Shown here: piece after piece, positions 17,265 through 27,314 of the stretch
Position numbering within the stretch: the first letter of the stretch is position 1
Layout of the letters: the number at the start of each line of letters is the position of its first letter
IMG/VR virus record: IMGVR_UViG_3300045988_077016
Span: 1 to 61,256 of that record
DNA length: 61,256 nt
Source: a virus
Strand: one strand, 5' to 3'
The notes under the pieces: model-generated
Database searches by the model: none
What the model was told of the DNA's origin: nothing
What the model saw: the letters and a program-made list of their open reading frames with translations, nothing else
Program-made: the position numbers and the translations under genes

Positions 17265-17648
17265 TCACTCATTCGCAGAATCAATTAACTTTAATATGTC
17301 CTTTGAAAATTTAACATATCCATTGGCAATGGCATCACCAACATCCACTATAACTAAAGCAGACTGTTCCATTAATCGTTGCATATCGACATCTGTATTA
17401 GCATAATAATCGGCTATCTTACCGTAATTAAAAGCCAAATGTCGAGTTGCAGCTAATCTTAAAAACTGCTTCTGTTCTTCAGGTACATTAGACTTATTTA
17501 TTGCGTACAGTAATTCTTTATACTTAGTCTCATCAACAAGTTCGCCAATTTTTGGGCAATCATAATTCGGTAAATATTGAGGTATTTTAATTTTTGATGT
17601 ATAATTTGATTTTATTTCCTGTTTATCTCTCTTAAATGATAATCCCAT
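17265..17648 (-). CDS. Hypothetical protein (127 aa)
   Basis: ORF between the polymerase and the radical SAM gene. Confidence 0.6.
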   Translation of the reverse strand: MGLSFKRDKQEIKSNYTSKIKIPQYLPNYDCPKIGELVDETKYKELLYAINKSNVPEEQKQFLRLAATRHLAFNYGKIADYYANTDVDMQRLMEQSALVIVDVGDAIANGYVKFSKDILKLIDSANE

Positions 17649-17651
17649 ATA

Positions 17652-18563
17652 TTACACCTCCACAGGGTCACCATACCAACATTTTGTAATTTCACTGTCG
17701 CACTTCATTGGTACAGATATTTTATCTTTAGCCGAATCAATCATTATCATAGATAATCTATCTGCAACCTTTTTAGCATTTTCGATGGGACATTCCCCAA
17801 TCACCTCATCATGGACCTGTAAAAGTATCTGAAAACCCCATTCTTTTAATAACTTATCATCATGTACATGAATCATGGCTGTTTTTGACATATCGGCTGA
17901 TGTACCTTGAATAATACTATTAACACACTGTCTACTTGCATCTGTTATCTTAAGTGTATTATCTTTAATCTCAATACCCTGTGCAGCTAACAGTTCCCGT
18001 ATTTTTGATTTCCCCTTAGAGGAAAATGTTTTCTGCAACATTGACGTATATTTATCAACAATAGACTGTGGTACAGTTTCGTCAACAACAGCATCATTAA
18101 AACTCAATGGATTAAAGTTGGGAGAATTACCGTTTACATACTTAAATTCATACGGTTTAAGTAACATATTGGGTAAATGTCTTACCCTACCCCATGCAGT
18201 TGTAACATAACCATGCTCACTTGCAAATTGTTCCGTTGATTTAATAAAATCTTCAACATGAGGGAAAGCATCAAAAAATTTACGTGTCAATTTCTTTGCT
18301 TCATCTACCGATACACCTAATTGCTCTGCTACCGATTTATCACCCCTTGAATACATCAACCCCAAAACAATCGATTTACAAAAACTTCTACGTTCTTTAC
18401 CTTCGGGATTAACCGTACCGTCAGGTCTAAACTCCCTACATTCATCATAGGGCACATCATATACTAATGATGCTACCCAAGAATAAATGTCTTTACCTTC
18501 CGCATAAGCACCAATCAAATTTTCATCACCGCTAATGTGCGCCAATGTTCGTGGTTCTTGCTG
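17652..18563 (-). CDS. polA: DNA polymerase I family, exon 2 (palm/fingers C-terminal part)
   Basis: Begins QQEPRTLAHISGDENL (the continuation of Pol A motif A). Contains RRSFCKSIVLGLMYS (motif B-like) and QVHDE (motif C). Confidence 0.85.
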   Translation of the reverse strand, partial: QQEPRTLAHISGDENLIGAYAEGKDIYSWVASLVYDVPYDECREFRPDGTVNPEGKERRSFCKSIVLGLMYSRGDKSVAEQLGVSVDEAKKLTRKFFDAFPHVEDFIKSTEQFASEHGYVTTAWGRVRHLPNMLLKPYEFKYVNGNSPNFNPLSFNDAVVDETVPQSIVDKYTSMLQKTFSSKGKSKIRELLAAQGIEIKDNTLKITDASRQCVNSIIQGTSADMSKTAMIHVHDDKLLKEWGFQILLQVHDEVIGECPIENAKKVADRLSMIMIDSAKDKISVPMKCDSEITKCWYGDPVEV

Positions 18564-19540
18564 CTAACTGTTATTGTAGTTCGCTACACTACACCCCACT
18601 TTTCAATGGGTGTCGGGCTATATCTTCGTGTATCACGTTTCGACACGCTTGTGCCTACTCTACTTGCTGTCTTACCGTTAATATCGAATAAGAAAGGTTT
18701 TCGATAGCCTCCACACACGATTATTCTTTATACCATTTAGGAAACTCATATATATTATGCTTATATGTGTATTTACCGTATTTAATACTCTGTTTTATCT
18801 TACGCTGATAAACACACTCAGCTAAAGTATCGAATGGGTTTTCAACCGTTTTCCACCAATTATAGCCATCCCTATATGAGTGAAAATGTCGTTCATTACC
18901 AAATTCGTCTACACAAAAACAACCAATCGAACGAGTATCGCCGCTACCGAAATTATGATTACCTTTAGCCTTCTCTGATAGCTTGCGGCGGTGTTCATCT
19001 GAAAATGGGTGTATCTTACGATACTCTCGCATAGACTTCGATATTTTATTACGAACAATCTCTGACCGCATAATATCATCATGCTTCTGTTTGGGCTTCT
19101 CCTCAAACATGATATTATTATCGCCGCCGTAGCTCATATTATAACCGCTACGAACTGAATCATACTTAACAATATAATAAGTTTCTAAATAGTTTAAATC
19201 ATCTAAACTATCGGCTGTATCAATCTGTTCAAACTTAAAATTTTCCACGCCATACTTACGCATAGCATTATACAAATGTCTTGAATTACCATATTTTGCA
19301 CATTTTAAATGCTGCTGTTTACGATGCTCTAATGTGTTTATAGTTTGACCAATATACACCTTACCATTTATTTGATTTATTATCTTATAAATTATCATAA
19401 CATCACCCCAAATAAAGTATAACACAATAATTGAGTTTTGTCTATAAGATAACTTATTAGAATAATCTTGCTCGGTATTACCATATCTAATGACTTAAGT
19501 TTCACCGACTTAGTGACATTTTACTTCTCCCAGTATGTTA
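18564..19540 (-). mobile_element. Group I intron (977 nt) interrupting polA inside motif A
   Basis: Exon 1 ends ...ACTTCTCT. Intron nt 11-18 (GGAGAAGT) pair with it, giving the U-G wobble at the 5' splice site (P1). The intron ends in G (..AGTTAG|CAGCAA). Splicing restores ADFS-QQEPRTLAHISGD. Confidence 0.8.
18721..19398 (-). CDS. GIY-YIG homing endonuclease (intron-encoded)
   Basis: IYKIIN..GKVYIGQT...R...H plus YNMSYGG. ATG 19398 follows a GGGGTGA RBS; the ORF is open to 19425. Confidence 0.8.
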   Translation of the reverse strand: MIIYKIINQINGKVYIGQTINTLEHRKQQHLKCAKYGNSRHLYNAMRKYGVENFKFEQIDTADSLDDLNYLETYYIVKYDSVRSGYNMSYGGDNNIMFEEKPKQKHDDIMRSEIVRNKISKSMREYRKIHPFSDEHRRKLSEKAKGNHNFGSGDTRSIGCFCVDEFGNERHFHSYRDGYNWWKTVENPFDTLAECVYQRKIKQSIKYGKYTYKHNIYEFPKWYKE

Positions 19541-20893
19541 AGAGAAGTCAGCACCAACAAGAACATAACCATCTTTAGCACAGAACATCTTTCGTATTTC
19601 CTTATTATGGGAAGGTATGTTCTGTAAATTCGGGTCCGAGCTTGAAAATCTGCCTGTTCTTGCCCCGTACTGATTAAAAGAACCGTGTAATCTACCTGTA
19701 TTAGGGTTTACCATTTCTGGTAGTTTGTCTATATAAGTCGAAAGTAATTTTACCGTACCTCGATAATCTAATATAGCTTTACTTAACGGATGATTTAATG
19801 CTGTCAATATTTCTTCACCTGTGCCCCTTGGACTTTTCTTATCGGGTGAAGTTAATCCTAAAACATCATATAACAATATAGCTATCTGAGCTGGACTACC
19901 AACATTTATCGGGTCCGACAGTTTATTATCGGGATTAGCTTTCTTGTATGCCTCAATCTGTTTACTGTAGTTATTAATAATACTGTGTACTGTCGCCACC
20001 TGTTCATCGAGTATCTTGTGATACTTTTCAGACAGTTTCTTAGCGTATTCAATATCAAGAGTTATACCGGTATCTTCCATATCTACAACAACATCAATCA
20101 GCGGCATTTCGATATTCATAAATACACTATATTGTCCGGGTAATTTACGTCTATTTAATACTGTCTGCTGATACTCATATAATTCAAACGTCTTTATAGC
20201 ATCACCAGCAGCATATAAATAAGCTACATTAACGGGTACAAGTGTAAAAGAAAGCCCATCAAACAACTTCTCATAAGTATACGCTTCATCGTCTGTTGAA
20301 TTACAATATTTCAAATGCAGCGTTTTCAATGCCGCCGATTCATTTTCATCAATGCACCGGCTTGCCAACATCGTGTCCCAATAAGCATACAGCTTAATAC
20401 CTATATGGTTTCTGATAACACGTATATCAAATTTTGCATTGTGCATTACCCATTTAATGTCCTTTAAATTATTAAAACAGTTATATAGAAATTCTTTTGT
20501 GGGCTGATTGGCCACCCTACTGCCCGTTATATAACTGATATGACCATAAGGTATGTATACAGCTTTTTCACCAGGCGTATACAAACATATACCAGCTAAA
20601 TCGTCTAACATAGGATTTAAACCGCTTGTTTCGGTATCTAATGCAGCTGTACCATTAGACTGTATAAGATTAAAGTAATCTTCTATCTCTGCCTCTGTAC
20701 GTAATACCTTATACTTATCTTTATACTTACCTAATTTAGTATTTACATAAGCACTAAGGGTATTTATTGTATCAAGTACATTCTTACCGCCCTTAACAGT
20801 TGCACCAACTGTTATAAGATTTTTAGATTTATTAATTATATCTGTATCACGTTTCTTATTATCAACTACCGGCACTTTCTTTATTAAACCCAT
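19541..20893 (-). CDS. polA: DNA polymerase I family, exon 1 (3'-5' exonuclease domain and N-terminal polymerase domain)
   Basis: Exo I motif ALDTETSGL. Ends VGADFS, then the first intron codon is TAA. Confidence 0.85.
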
Positions 20894-20897
20894 TTAA

Positions 20898-21596
20898 TCA
20901 ACTCCTACGTGAACGTCTTGAAGTATTATCAACTGTTTCAGCTCTGCTTGGGGACCTCCTCGATGTAACCGGTTCACGATTATTTTCCACCGCAGGTCTA
21001 CGTCTAACATTAGCGGGCTGATTATTATTGTTTGTATCAGTATTAGGGAAAACGGCGTTTTCAATGTAATATTCCATATCCTCAACAGACTTATCTAAAA
21101 CAATCGAGCCAAGTAATTCAGGTTTTTCAATTTCGTTTAAGTCGATAGGTTTTTCGTTGGGGCATGGATATATTTCATATGTTGTCTGTGTGTCACCCGG
21201 TCTACCATGACGTTCTATCTCAAAAACTGTGTTGTAAAGTGGGTAATATCTATTTGCAAGACCTTCAAGTCTTGTAATAAACTGCTTACCTCTTTCCCAA
21301 ATCTTAACCTTACCATCGTCTAAACAATACATAACAACAAATCTTGCAATATTGAGTTTATAACCATCACGACAAAGTGGGCATACATTTAAGTCCTCAC
21401 CGTATTCTCTGGGACAATTCACATAACGCTCTTTGCCATTCAACTGTACTTTGTGAGCAGTAAAAACATCTAACTCACTGCAATCAGCAAACATAAACTG
21501 TACTTTAGCGGTATCACCATCAGTCTTAAGTACAAACCACTCACCACTATTACTGGGTACGTATTTGTCTGCATCATTATTAGCTATTCTTGCCAT
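20898..21596 (-). CDS. Zinc-binding protein, possible ssDNA-binding protein
   Basis: Position between polymerase and primase. CPREYGEDLNVCPLC motif and a basic R/S-rich tail. No firm family assignment. Confidence 0.3.
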   Translation of the reverse strand: MARIANNDADKYVPSNSGEWFVLKTDGDTAKVQFMFADCSELDVFTAHKVQLNGKERYVNCPREYGEDLNVCPLCRDGYKLNIARFVVMYCLDDGKVKIWERGKQFITRLEGLANRYYPLYNTVFEIERHGRPGDTQTTYEIYPCPNEKPIDLNEIEKPELLGSIVLDKSVEDMEYYIENAVFPNTDTNNNNQPANVRRRPAVENNREPVTSRRSPSRAETVDNTSRRSRRS

Positions 21597-21612
21597 AATT
21601 TAATCTCCTCTC

Positions 21613-22197
21613 TTAACTATTCTTTCTGTAAAAGATACCGTCCGAAATTATTGAACGCATAATCGGTGACTGTGACGTACTTTGGAAAACAAATCTTGCA
21701 CGTAATACTTTATTCCACTCAGCAGGATAAAGTTTATCCATTCGTCTACGATTATCAGCGGTTAAAGAATCAGGGTGAGCTAAAACAACTAATTTACGTC
21801 TGTTAATTCTCACATAAAAGACTGCTTTACCCTTATACAACACTTTGGCATCAACTGATTTAGTATACTGGATAACAAGGTTTTTATCGTTATAAGACCT
21901 AACAATACTTGAAAAAATATCCATTAATTCTTTACCTGTTGATTCGCCCCTATCTCGATGTGTGGTATCTTCAATTTCAGTTTCTTTTACAATAGCATCA
22001 ACTTCTTTTTCCGCTTCTTTGATTTCTTCCTCAGGTCTATCCTCTACCCACCAACGCTCAAAGTTAGAATGAGTTACACACTTAACGCCGACACTATCAA
22101 CATCAATGTATATCATTTCATCATCGATTTTAACGACTGTACCAGTGAGCAAAGTTCTTCGATTTAAGACCTTCATGTTCTTTTTTGGCATTGCCAT
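21613..22197 (-). CDS. Hypothetical protein (194 aa)
   Basis: ORF with an AGGAGAGGA RBS, downstream of promoter 22235..22263. Confidence 0.6.
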   Translation of the reverse strand: MAMPKKNMKVLNRRTLLTGTVVKIDDEMIYIDVDSVGVKCVTHSNFERWWVEDRPEEEIKEAEKEVDAIVKETEIEDTTHRDRGESTGKELMDIFSSIVRSYNDKNLVIQYTKSVDAKVLYKGKAVFYVRINRRKLVVLAHPDSLTADNRRRMDKLYPAEWNKVLRARFVFQSTSQSPIMRSIISDGIFYRKNS

Positions 22198-22234
22198 ATA
22201 GTCCTCTCCTTTCTATCTAAATTTTACAATTCAT

Positions 22235-22263
22235 ATATTACACGACTATATCCAAAAAGTCAA
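22235..22263 (-). promoter_or_regulatory. Sigma-70-type promoter
   Basis: Minus strand: TTGACT, 17 nt, TAATAT. Shares TTGACTTTTTG with the promoter at 27287..27314. Confidence 0.6.
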
Positions 22264-22270
22264 TAGTTAT

Positions 22271-23224
22271 TTAATAAATTTCTTTTAAATTTAAAACTTC
22301 TTTATCGAGGTCATTCAAATCTTTGCCTTCCGGTATTACATACTCTGTTATTACTTTACTTCGACTTAAATTTTTACGTAATTTCTCCGCTGCACGCCGA
22401 CCAGCTGCATCGGGGTCTGTTGCAAGTATATATTTACGCACAGGTAACCCATTCAATATTTTGTACTGTTCCTTGGTACCCGTACCCAACAAAGCAACCG
22501 CGGGTATATCAAACTTCCAACAAGTAAGTGCATTAAATACGGACTCACATATCACAGCATACTGATAAGCTTTTTCCACAAAGAGATAAGCTGCATAGAC
22601 AGGCTTGTCAACATCCTTCGGATAGTTAAAAAACTTGTAATTAACAGACCTACGAGCAACGAAAACACAGTTGCCATTAATATCACGAATGGGTATAGTA
22701 ATGCAAGCAGTAGCAGCGTCATACCCAATATCAAATTTGCTAATAAGTTCATCGGTCAACCCCCTTTTATACATATATGGGTGGATATATCTGTATCTAT
22801 CAAGTTCTTCTTCTGTTACATAATTCGTTTTTACTTCATTTTTAATTCGTTTTCGAGTTAAATTTAACTCGATGGGCTTACGTTCTTCGACTGTTATAGA
22901 CACAAAGTTTTTTGATAACCATGACTTACCATACTGCCCCCTATCATCATAACCAAATATCCTTGATATTACATCGTATAAATTACCAGAATACCCACAC
23001 GTAAAACAATGCGCCTCCATGGTAGATTTATTAATACCAAAAGAGGGTTTACGTTCTTGGCCGCCTTTATGGAACGGGCAGGTAACCATTAAATCGTTAC
23101 CCGATTCTTTTATATCTTTAAAAATACTTAATCCTGCAAATGTAGCCTGTCTGCGTAATTCCACTAAAACATTATACTCAGACTGCATTATGGGATTACC
23201 ATTAACGGAAAACATTCGGCTCAC
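22271..23224 (-). CDS. dnaG: DNA primase (DnaG-like: CHC2 zinc finger plus TOPRIM)
   Basis: CPFHKGGQERKPSF...CFTCG zinc finger. TOPRIM residues E (VICESVF) and DPDAAG. Confidence 0.85.
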   Translation of the reverse strand: MSRMFSVNGNPIMQSEYNVLVELRRQATFAGLSIFKDIKESGNDLMVTCPFHKGGQERKPSFGINKSTMEAHCFTCGYSGNLYDVISRIFGYDDRGQYGKSWLSKNFVSITVEERKPIELNLTRKRIKNEVKTNYVTEEELDRYRYIHPYMYKRGLTDELISKFDIGYDAATACITIPIRDINGNCVFVARRSVNYKFFNYPKDVDKPVYAAYLFVEKAYQYAVICESVFNALTCWKFDIPAVALLGTGTKEQYKILNGLPVRKYILATDPDAAGRRAAEKLRKNLSRSKVITEYVIPEGKDLNDLDKEVLNLKEIY

Positions 23225-23591
23225 TCCTCCAAGATACTATAATATCATATGCTTTTTGTAATGTTTCCATATCAAAATAAGCAAAATGACAATCTTCCGG
23301 TGCTACCCCCAACTGTTCAGCTAACTTATCATATAAAATCCTACGCTCAGAAGGTGTTTCCCACATATTATCAAAGACTTCATGGCATTTACGTCTTAAT
23401 CTACGCATAGGTTTATTAGCTAAAATACCTCTTGCTCTACGATATTTGTCTTTCGTTGCCCCGACATAGGCGTGACAAGCAGTACAAAAATAAATATGCT
23501 CAGTCTCATTTCTTGTAATATTTTTCTTTTTGGTGTAAATAACTTTACCACCACATAAATTACATACTTTAGGATAATAGCTAATACTCAA
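23202..23591 (-). CDS. Zinc-finger protein (DUF3268-like)
   Basis: CNLCGGKV...FCTACHAYVG. Confidence 0.5.
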   Translation of the reverse strand: MSISYYPKVCNLCGGKVIYTKKKNITRNETEHIYFCTACHAYVGATKDKYRRARGILANKPMRRLRRKCHEVFDNMWETPSERRILYDKLAEQLGVAPEDCHFAYFDMETLQKAYDIIVSWRSEPNVFR

Positions 23592-24853
23592 ATAGATTCC
23601 CCCCTATCTCTAAATCGTTTTCTTTGATTTTCCACACGTTCTGAATTATCTGTATCATCGTCAGTAGCCGGTATATATAAAAACGTACCCTTGTCAATAT
23701 CCCAAGCATAAAGAACTTTAGCGTTATTAATACCGTTACGATGTTTCTTAACTGTTAATTCAACTCCCGGCTCTTTTTGCTTGATTGATATAATCATACT
23801 TGCATTGTGGGCTATACCATCAGAATCACGTATATTCTCAACTTCCGGACTTGCATTAGCATCCATACCCAATCTATTAGACTGTACAACTGCTATAACG
23901 GGTATTTGTAATTCAACACTCAAATCCATTAAATCTTCTGATATATTAGTTAATGTCGTTGTTTTATTATCGCCACGTTTACCACGTTCATCCCGCAAAT
24001 ATGATAAACCGTCTATGCCTAAAACATCAACCTTATTCTGAATACAAAAATTACGTAGCTTAGATACTGTAACTGCTCTACCAAAGTCTTTGGGAGTAGC
24101 AACATAAAACGGTATCTTATTCTTTGTTAAACGGTCTATATAACTTTTATAGTCTATGTTTTTACCCCTTAATAAAGCTGTATTAGATATATTTGCATTT
24201 AAAGTGTCGAATCTATAACCAATACGATTATATGACATTTCAGGCTCTATTAAAGCCACAGTAAGCTTTGTACGCCAAAGATACTCTAACATCTTCAACA
24301 AAATCCATGTTTTACCCTCACCAGTACGGGCTAACAGTACAACAAATTCTTCCCCCTTATTCAGACCGCCAATTATCTCGTCAAGCTCATTAAAACCGGT
24401 GTGTAACAACACGTTCTTGCCACTCTGACGGTCTAAAAATTCGTCATAACGGGCTTTGGCATCTTTAATAATATTATGACCGACCACACCACCATTAGAT
24501 GCAACTAATTCTGGCAGCATGGATTGTAAATACTCAACAGCAGAGTAGGAATTAGTCTGCAATAACTCAGCTATACGATTAACAACTGGTACAACTTTTG
24601 TATACTGATACTCCTCTCTAATCGTATCAAGTAAATATTGGTCACTCTCTATAACATTCAATACACTAAAACTGGGAAATTTGTTTAAAAAAGTTTCAAC
24701 ATCGGGCACATTACCATAAGTGGAATAATGGTCTAATAAAAATCTATACTCTTCTGGATAATTAGTAAAATACTCCTCTGTCAAGTTGTTATCAGTAATT
24801 AACGATATACTTTTTGTGTTTAAAACTTTACTAATTATCTGCACATCTGTCAT
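23588..24853 (-). CDS. dnaB: Replicative DNA helicase (DnaB-like)
   Basis: Walker A ARTGEGKTW, Walker B VLGIDGLSY, and the QSNR motif. Confidence 0.85.
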   Translation of the reverse strand: MTDVQIISKVLNTKSISLITDNNLTEEYFTNYPEEYRFLLDHYSTYGNVPDVETFLNKFPSFSVLNVIESDQYLLDTIREEYQYTKVVPVVNRIAELLQTNSYSAVEYLQSMLPELVASNGGVVGHNIIKDAKARYDEFLDRQSGKNVLLHTGFNELDEIIGGLNKGEEFVVLLARTGEGKTWILLKMLEYLWRTKLTVALIEPEMSYNRIGYRFDTLNANISNTALLRGKNIDYKSYIDRLTKNKIPFYVATPKDFGRAVTVSKLRNFCIQNKVDVLGIDGLSYLRDERGKRGDNKTTTLTNISEDLMDLSVELQIPVIAVVQSNRLGMDANASPEVENIRDSDGIAHNASMIISIKQKEPGVELTVKKHRNGINNAKVLYAWDIDKGTFLYIPATDDDTDNSERVENQRKRFRDRGESI

Positions 24854-25608
24854 AATGTCACCTCGTTTTTATTACGCTTATCTGTTTCTGTAAAATGTAT
24901 GTGTCTGCTTGTACCCCAAACACGACTGTACAAACGCTGACCTAAAAAGTCTTTCATGTTTTCTTCGTCTGCATTACCTGTATATATGTTAGATAAACCG
25001 TTAGTAATACGATAATCGATATACGTTAAAAGTAGCGTATGCTCATACGGGGTTAAACTCTGTACTGCTATATCATCCCAAACAACTAAATCTGCTGTAT
25101 ATATCTTATGCACAAGTGATTTTAAACCGCGTTCATCACCCGAAAAACTGGCTTTGTGCATTGCTAATAATTTTGGCACGAACACAAACACACCTCGACA
25201 ATTAAAACCGTTACCACTCCATACCTCATTAAAGTATGACACTAACAACCTTGTTGCCCAGCTTGTTTTACCATTACCAGTTGATTCTGAATAAATATAC
25301 AAATTTGAACCGTCGCGCACAAAATCCAAAATTGATTGTTTTACACCTATAAGCTCTCTAAAAGCTACTCGGTCACTGCCATCTGCATAAAGTTTCGGCG
25401 GTAAATAATTCTGTTTCGGTAATTCAGCCAGTTCGCATAATCTACGCATTTCCATAAATCTGATACAACGACCTGTACAGTCGCCCGTGTCAGCTAAGTT
25501 ACACACATCTTTGTACCACACACAATCTGCATTCACATTTACACCCCCTAAATTTGCCGTTATTTCGCCTGTAAGCAGTTTTAACTCACCAGACGATAAA
25601 TTTATCAA
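24850..25608 (-). CDS. DnaC/IstB-like AAA+ helicase loader
   Basis: Walker A ESTGNGKTS and Walker B LVVWDD. Confidence 0.7.
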   Translation of the reverse strand: MINLSSGELKLLTGEITANLGGVNVNADCVWYKDVCNLADTGDCTGRCIRFMEMRRLCELAELPKQNYLPPKLYADGSDRVAFRELIGVKQSILDFVRDGSNLYIYSESTGNGKTSWATRLLVSYFNEVWSGNGFNCRGVFVFVPKLLAMHKASFSGDERGLKSLVHKIYTADLVVWDDIAVQSLTPYEHTLLLTYIDYRITNGLSNIYTGNADEENMKDFLGQRLYSRVWGTSRHIHFTETDKRNKNEVTL

Positions 25609-25672
25609 GACCGATTATAAAATTAACCACAAGTCAAAATACAGGAAATTTTCGACAGCTAAATCAATGAGC

Positions 25673-26686
25673 TTAAAACCATTCGACCTCTCCTCGGGCA
25701 ATTCGCTCATTCCTTGCTCTGATTTCTTCCTCAGTTGGGCCAGATTTTAACTTATCACTTTCCCAACTGGGTCGACCGGCTTTACTAAAGCCTTTAGTAC
25801 GTGTGTAATTTTCGATTGAGTAAATCAGAGTTGTATGGCCGCAAGCTATCGCACGATTGATAATCTCGATACGGTCTTTGTCGTTTTTTACGTTGTCAGA
25901 CAAGGCAGTTAATTGACCACGTACGCCCTCCGGCGTACAGTGGGCTTTCGCCGTTACTAAAACATTCCCAAACTTCTCCAGAGCTGATGTGACTGTTTCG
26001 GAGAAACCAAATTCGTCAGAAATCCTAAAGAACATATCTCCGTAGTCGTTTTTTGCTTTTTTGGATTTTTTAGTTGTGAGTGTTTTCGGGGCCGCATTTT
26101 TTGCGGTTCCGTTAGTGCTATGAGAAATACTTTTAGTATTTCGAATAGTGCTAATTGATATATCTGTATTATTTGTTTTTGTATTATTATATATAGTATT
26201 ATTTGGCTCCGTTTTCGTAAACCCTTGGGTTGTCGAATTCGTTAAGTCAAGGGGCTCCGTTTTCGTAAACCCTTGATGTTCAATATTTTCACATCTTGGA
26301 GAAACCCCGGAATCGTCAGCTTTTTTAACTGAATCTGTCGTTGTTTTAGGTTCTGTTATCTCCAATACTTCAGCAAGTTTATTCTCGTCAATTTTATAAT
26401 GAATTACAGCAGGTAATCCGATTAATTTTGTGGACAAAATACCCATCTTTATTAGTGTGTTAATAACTTTTCGCTGCTCATACATGGTTACACCTAAATT
26501 ATCCCGTAAATCTTCTCTGGTGTAATAAAAATATTCACCATCGACTAATTTATCGTTATGTTCTAAATAAGCATATTTAGCGTACATTTCGCCGATTATA
26601 GCGGCACTTGTTAATCCTAATTTTTTGCAGAGAGTTTTATTAACGATGAAATACCCCCTTGAACTTAAAACATTTGCCAAACTCAT
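25673..26686 (-). CDS. Replication initiator / replisome organiser (DnaD-like)
   Basis: N-terminal winged-helix-like region, a Thr/Asn-rich linker with the duplicated peptide QGFTKTEP, and a DnaD-like C-terminal region. Lies immediately upstream of the loader and helicase genes. Confidence 0.6.
   Translation of the reverse strand: MSLANVLSSRGYFIVNKTLCKKLGLTSAAIIGEMYAKYAYLEHNDKLVDGEYFYYTREDLRDNLGVTMYEQRKVINTLIKMGILSTKLIGLPAVIHYKIDENKLAEVLEITEPKTTTDSVKKADDSGVSPRCENIEHQGFTKTEPLDLTNSTTQGFTKTEPNNTIYNNTKTNNTDISISTIRNTKSISHSTNGTAKNAAPKTLTTKKSKKAKNDYGDMFFRISDEFGFSETVTSALEKFGNVLVTAKAHCTPEGVRGQLTALSDNVKNDKDRIEIINRAIACGHTTLIYSIENYTRTKGFSKAGRPSWESDKLKSGPTEEEIRARNERIARGEVEWF
26205..26275. repeat. Two perfect 23-bp direct repeats (26205..26227 and 26253..26275) inside the initiator gene, candidate origin iterons
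   Basis: GGCTCCGTTTTCGTAAACCCTTG occurs twice with a 48-bp period. Confidence 0.8.
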
Positions 26687-26783
26687 AAACTTTACCTCCT
26701 TTAAATATTAATATTTTTGTGTGTAAATTTTATTTAATGTTTTTTGAATTATTGGTGTATAAATATACATATATTTTGCATGA

Positions 26784-27053
26784 TTATACGATACTTATAC
26801 TTTTCTTGACTCCATAAGGTCTGATTATTATATAACCGAGTTTTTCTAATTTCTCAGCACAATCTTTAATATGACCAGCATTACAGCCACAGATTTTAGA
26901 TACATCAATCCATCGTACCATATAATTACCTGTTACAGAGCTTTTACAGAGCGTATATAACACACCGTAAAGTAATTTATCTAAGTGACTTAAGTTCTTG
27001 TCCTGGGACACTTTAACGGGTATTACAATCTCTTCGAGTTTCTGAATGTGCAT
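26784..27053 (-). CDS. Winged-helix/HTH DNA-binding protein (89 aa)
   Basis: LSHLDKLLYGVLYTL...WIDVSKICGCNAGHIKDCAEKLEKLGYI resembles a wHTH fold. Confidence 0.5.
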   Translation of the reverse strand: MHIQKLEEIVIPVKVSQDKNLSHLDKLLYGVLYTLCKSSVTGNYMVRWIDVSKICGCNAGHIKDCAEKLEKLGYIIIRPYGVKKSISIV

Positions 27054-27090
27054 TTCTTATTCCACCTTTCTATGATATAAATTATTATAA

Positions 27091-27142
27091 ACAAAAATAT
27101 CGTTATGGCTCAAGAGAGGTTCGTTGAGTGCCATAACGATAT
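27091..27142 (-). terminator. Strong intrinsic terminator/attenuator in the leader of the wHTH gene
   Basis: Minus strand: ATATCGTTATGGC(AC)TCAA-loop-TTGAGCCATAACGATAT followed by TTTTGTTT. Confidence 0.7.
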
Positions 27143-27286
27143 TTATAAATCCCAATTAATGACTTGCATGGTCACGATATATAAAGTCGGCGTCCCAACC
27201 TTAGATTCATTTTTTTGTGTATAGTGTCTTTACTTGTTCACGCCACGCATAGTTAGGAAAAGCGTTAGCATTACGGTTACATTTTT

Positions 27287-27314
27287 AGTATAGTCGTATT
27301 TCTCAAAAAGTCAA
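27287..27314 (-). promoter_or_regulatory. Sigma-70-type promoter
   Basis: Minus strand: TTGACT, 16 nt, TATACT, about 190 nt upstream of the terminator at 27091..27142. Confidence 0.55.

Noticed and set aside
20894-21085. 63-aa ORF overlapping the 3' end of 20898..21596
   Set aside because: It is a different frame of the same strand, entirely inside a longer gene. It has no RBS and a poor composition.
11110-25608. Inteins in recA, dnaB, terL or primase
   Set aside because: The protein lengths are normal and the Walker/TOPRIM motifs are contiguous. No Cys/Ser...HN-Cys/Ser/Thr splice-junction insertions were seen. Only polA is interrupted, and that interruption is at the RNA (intron) level.
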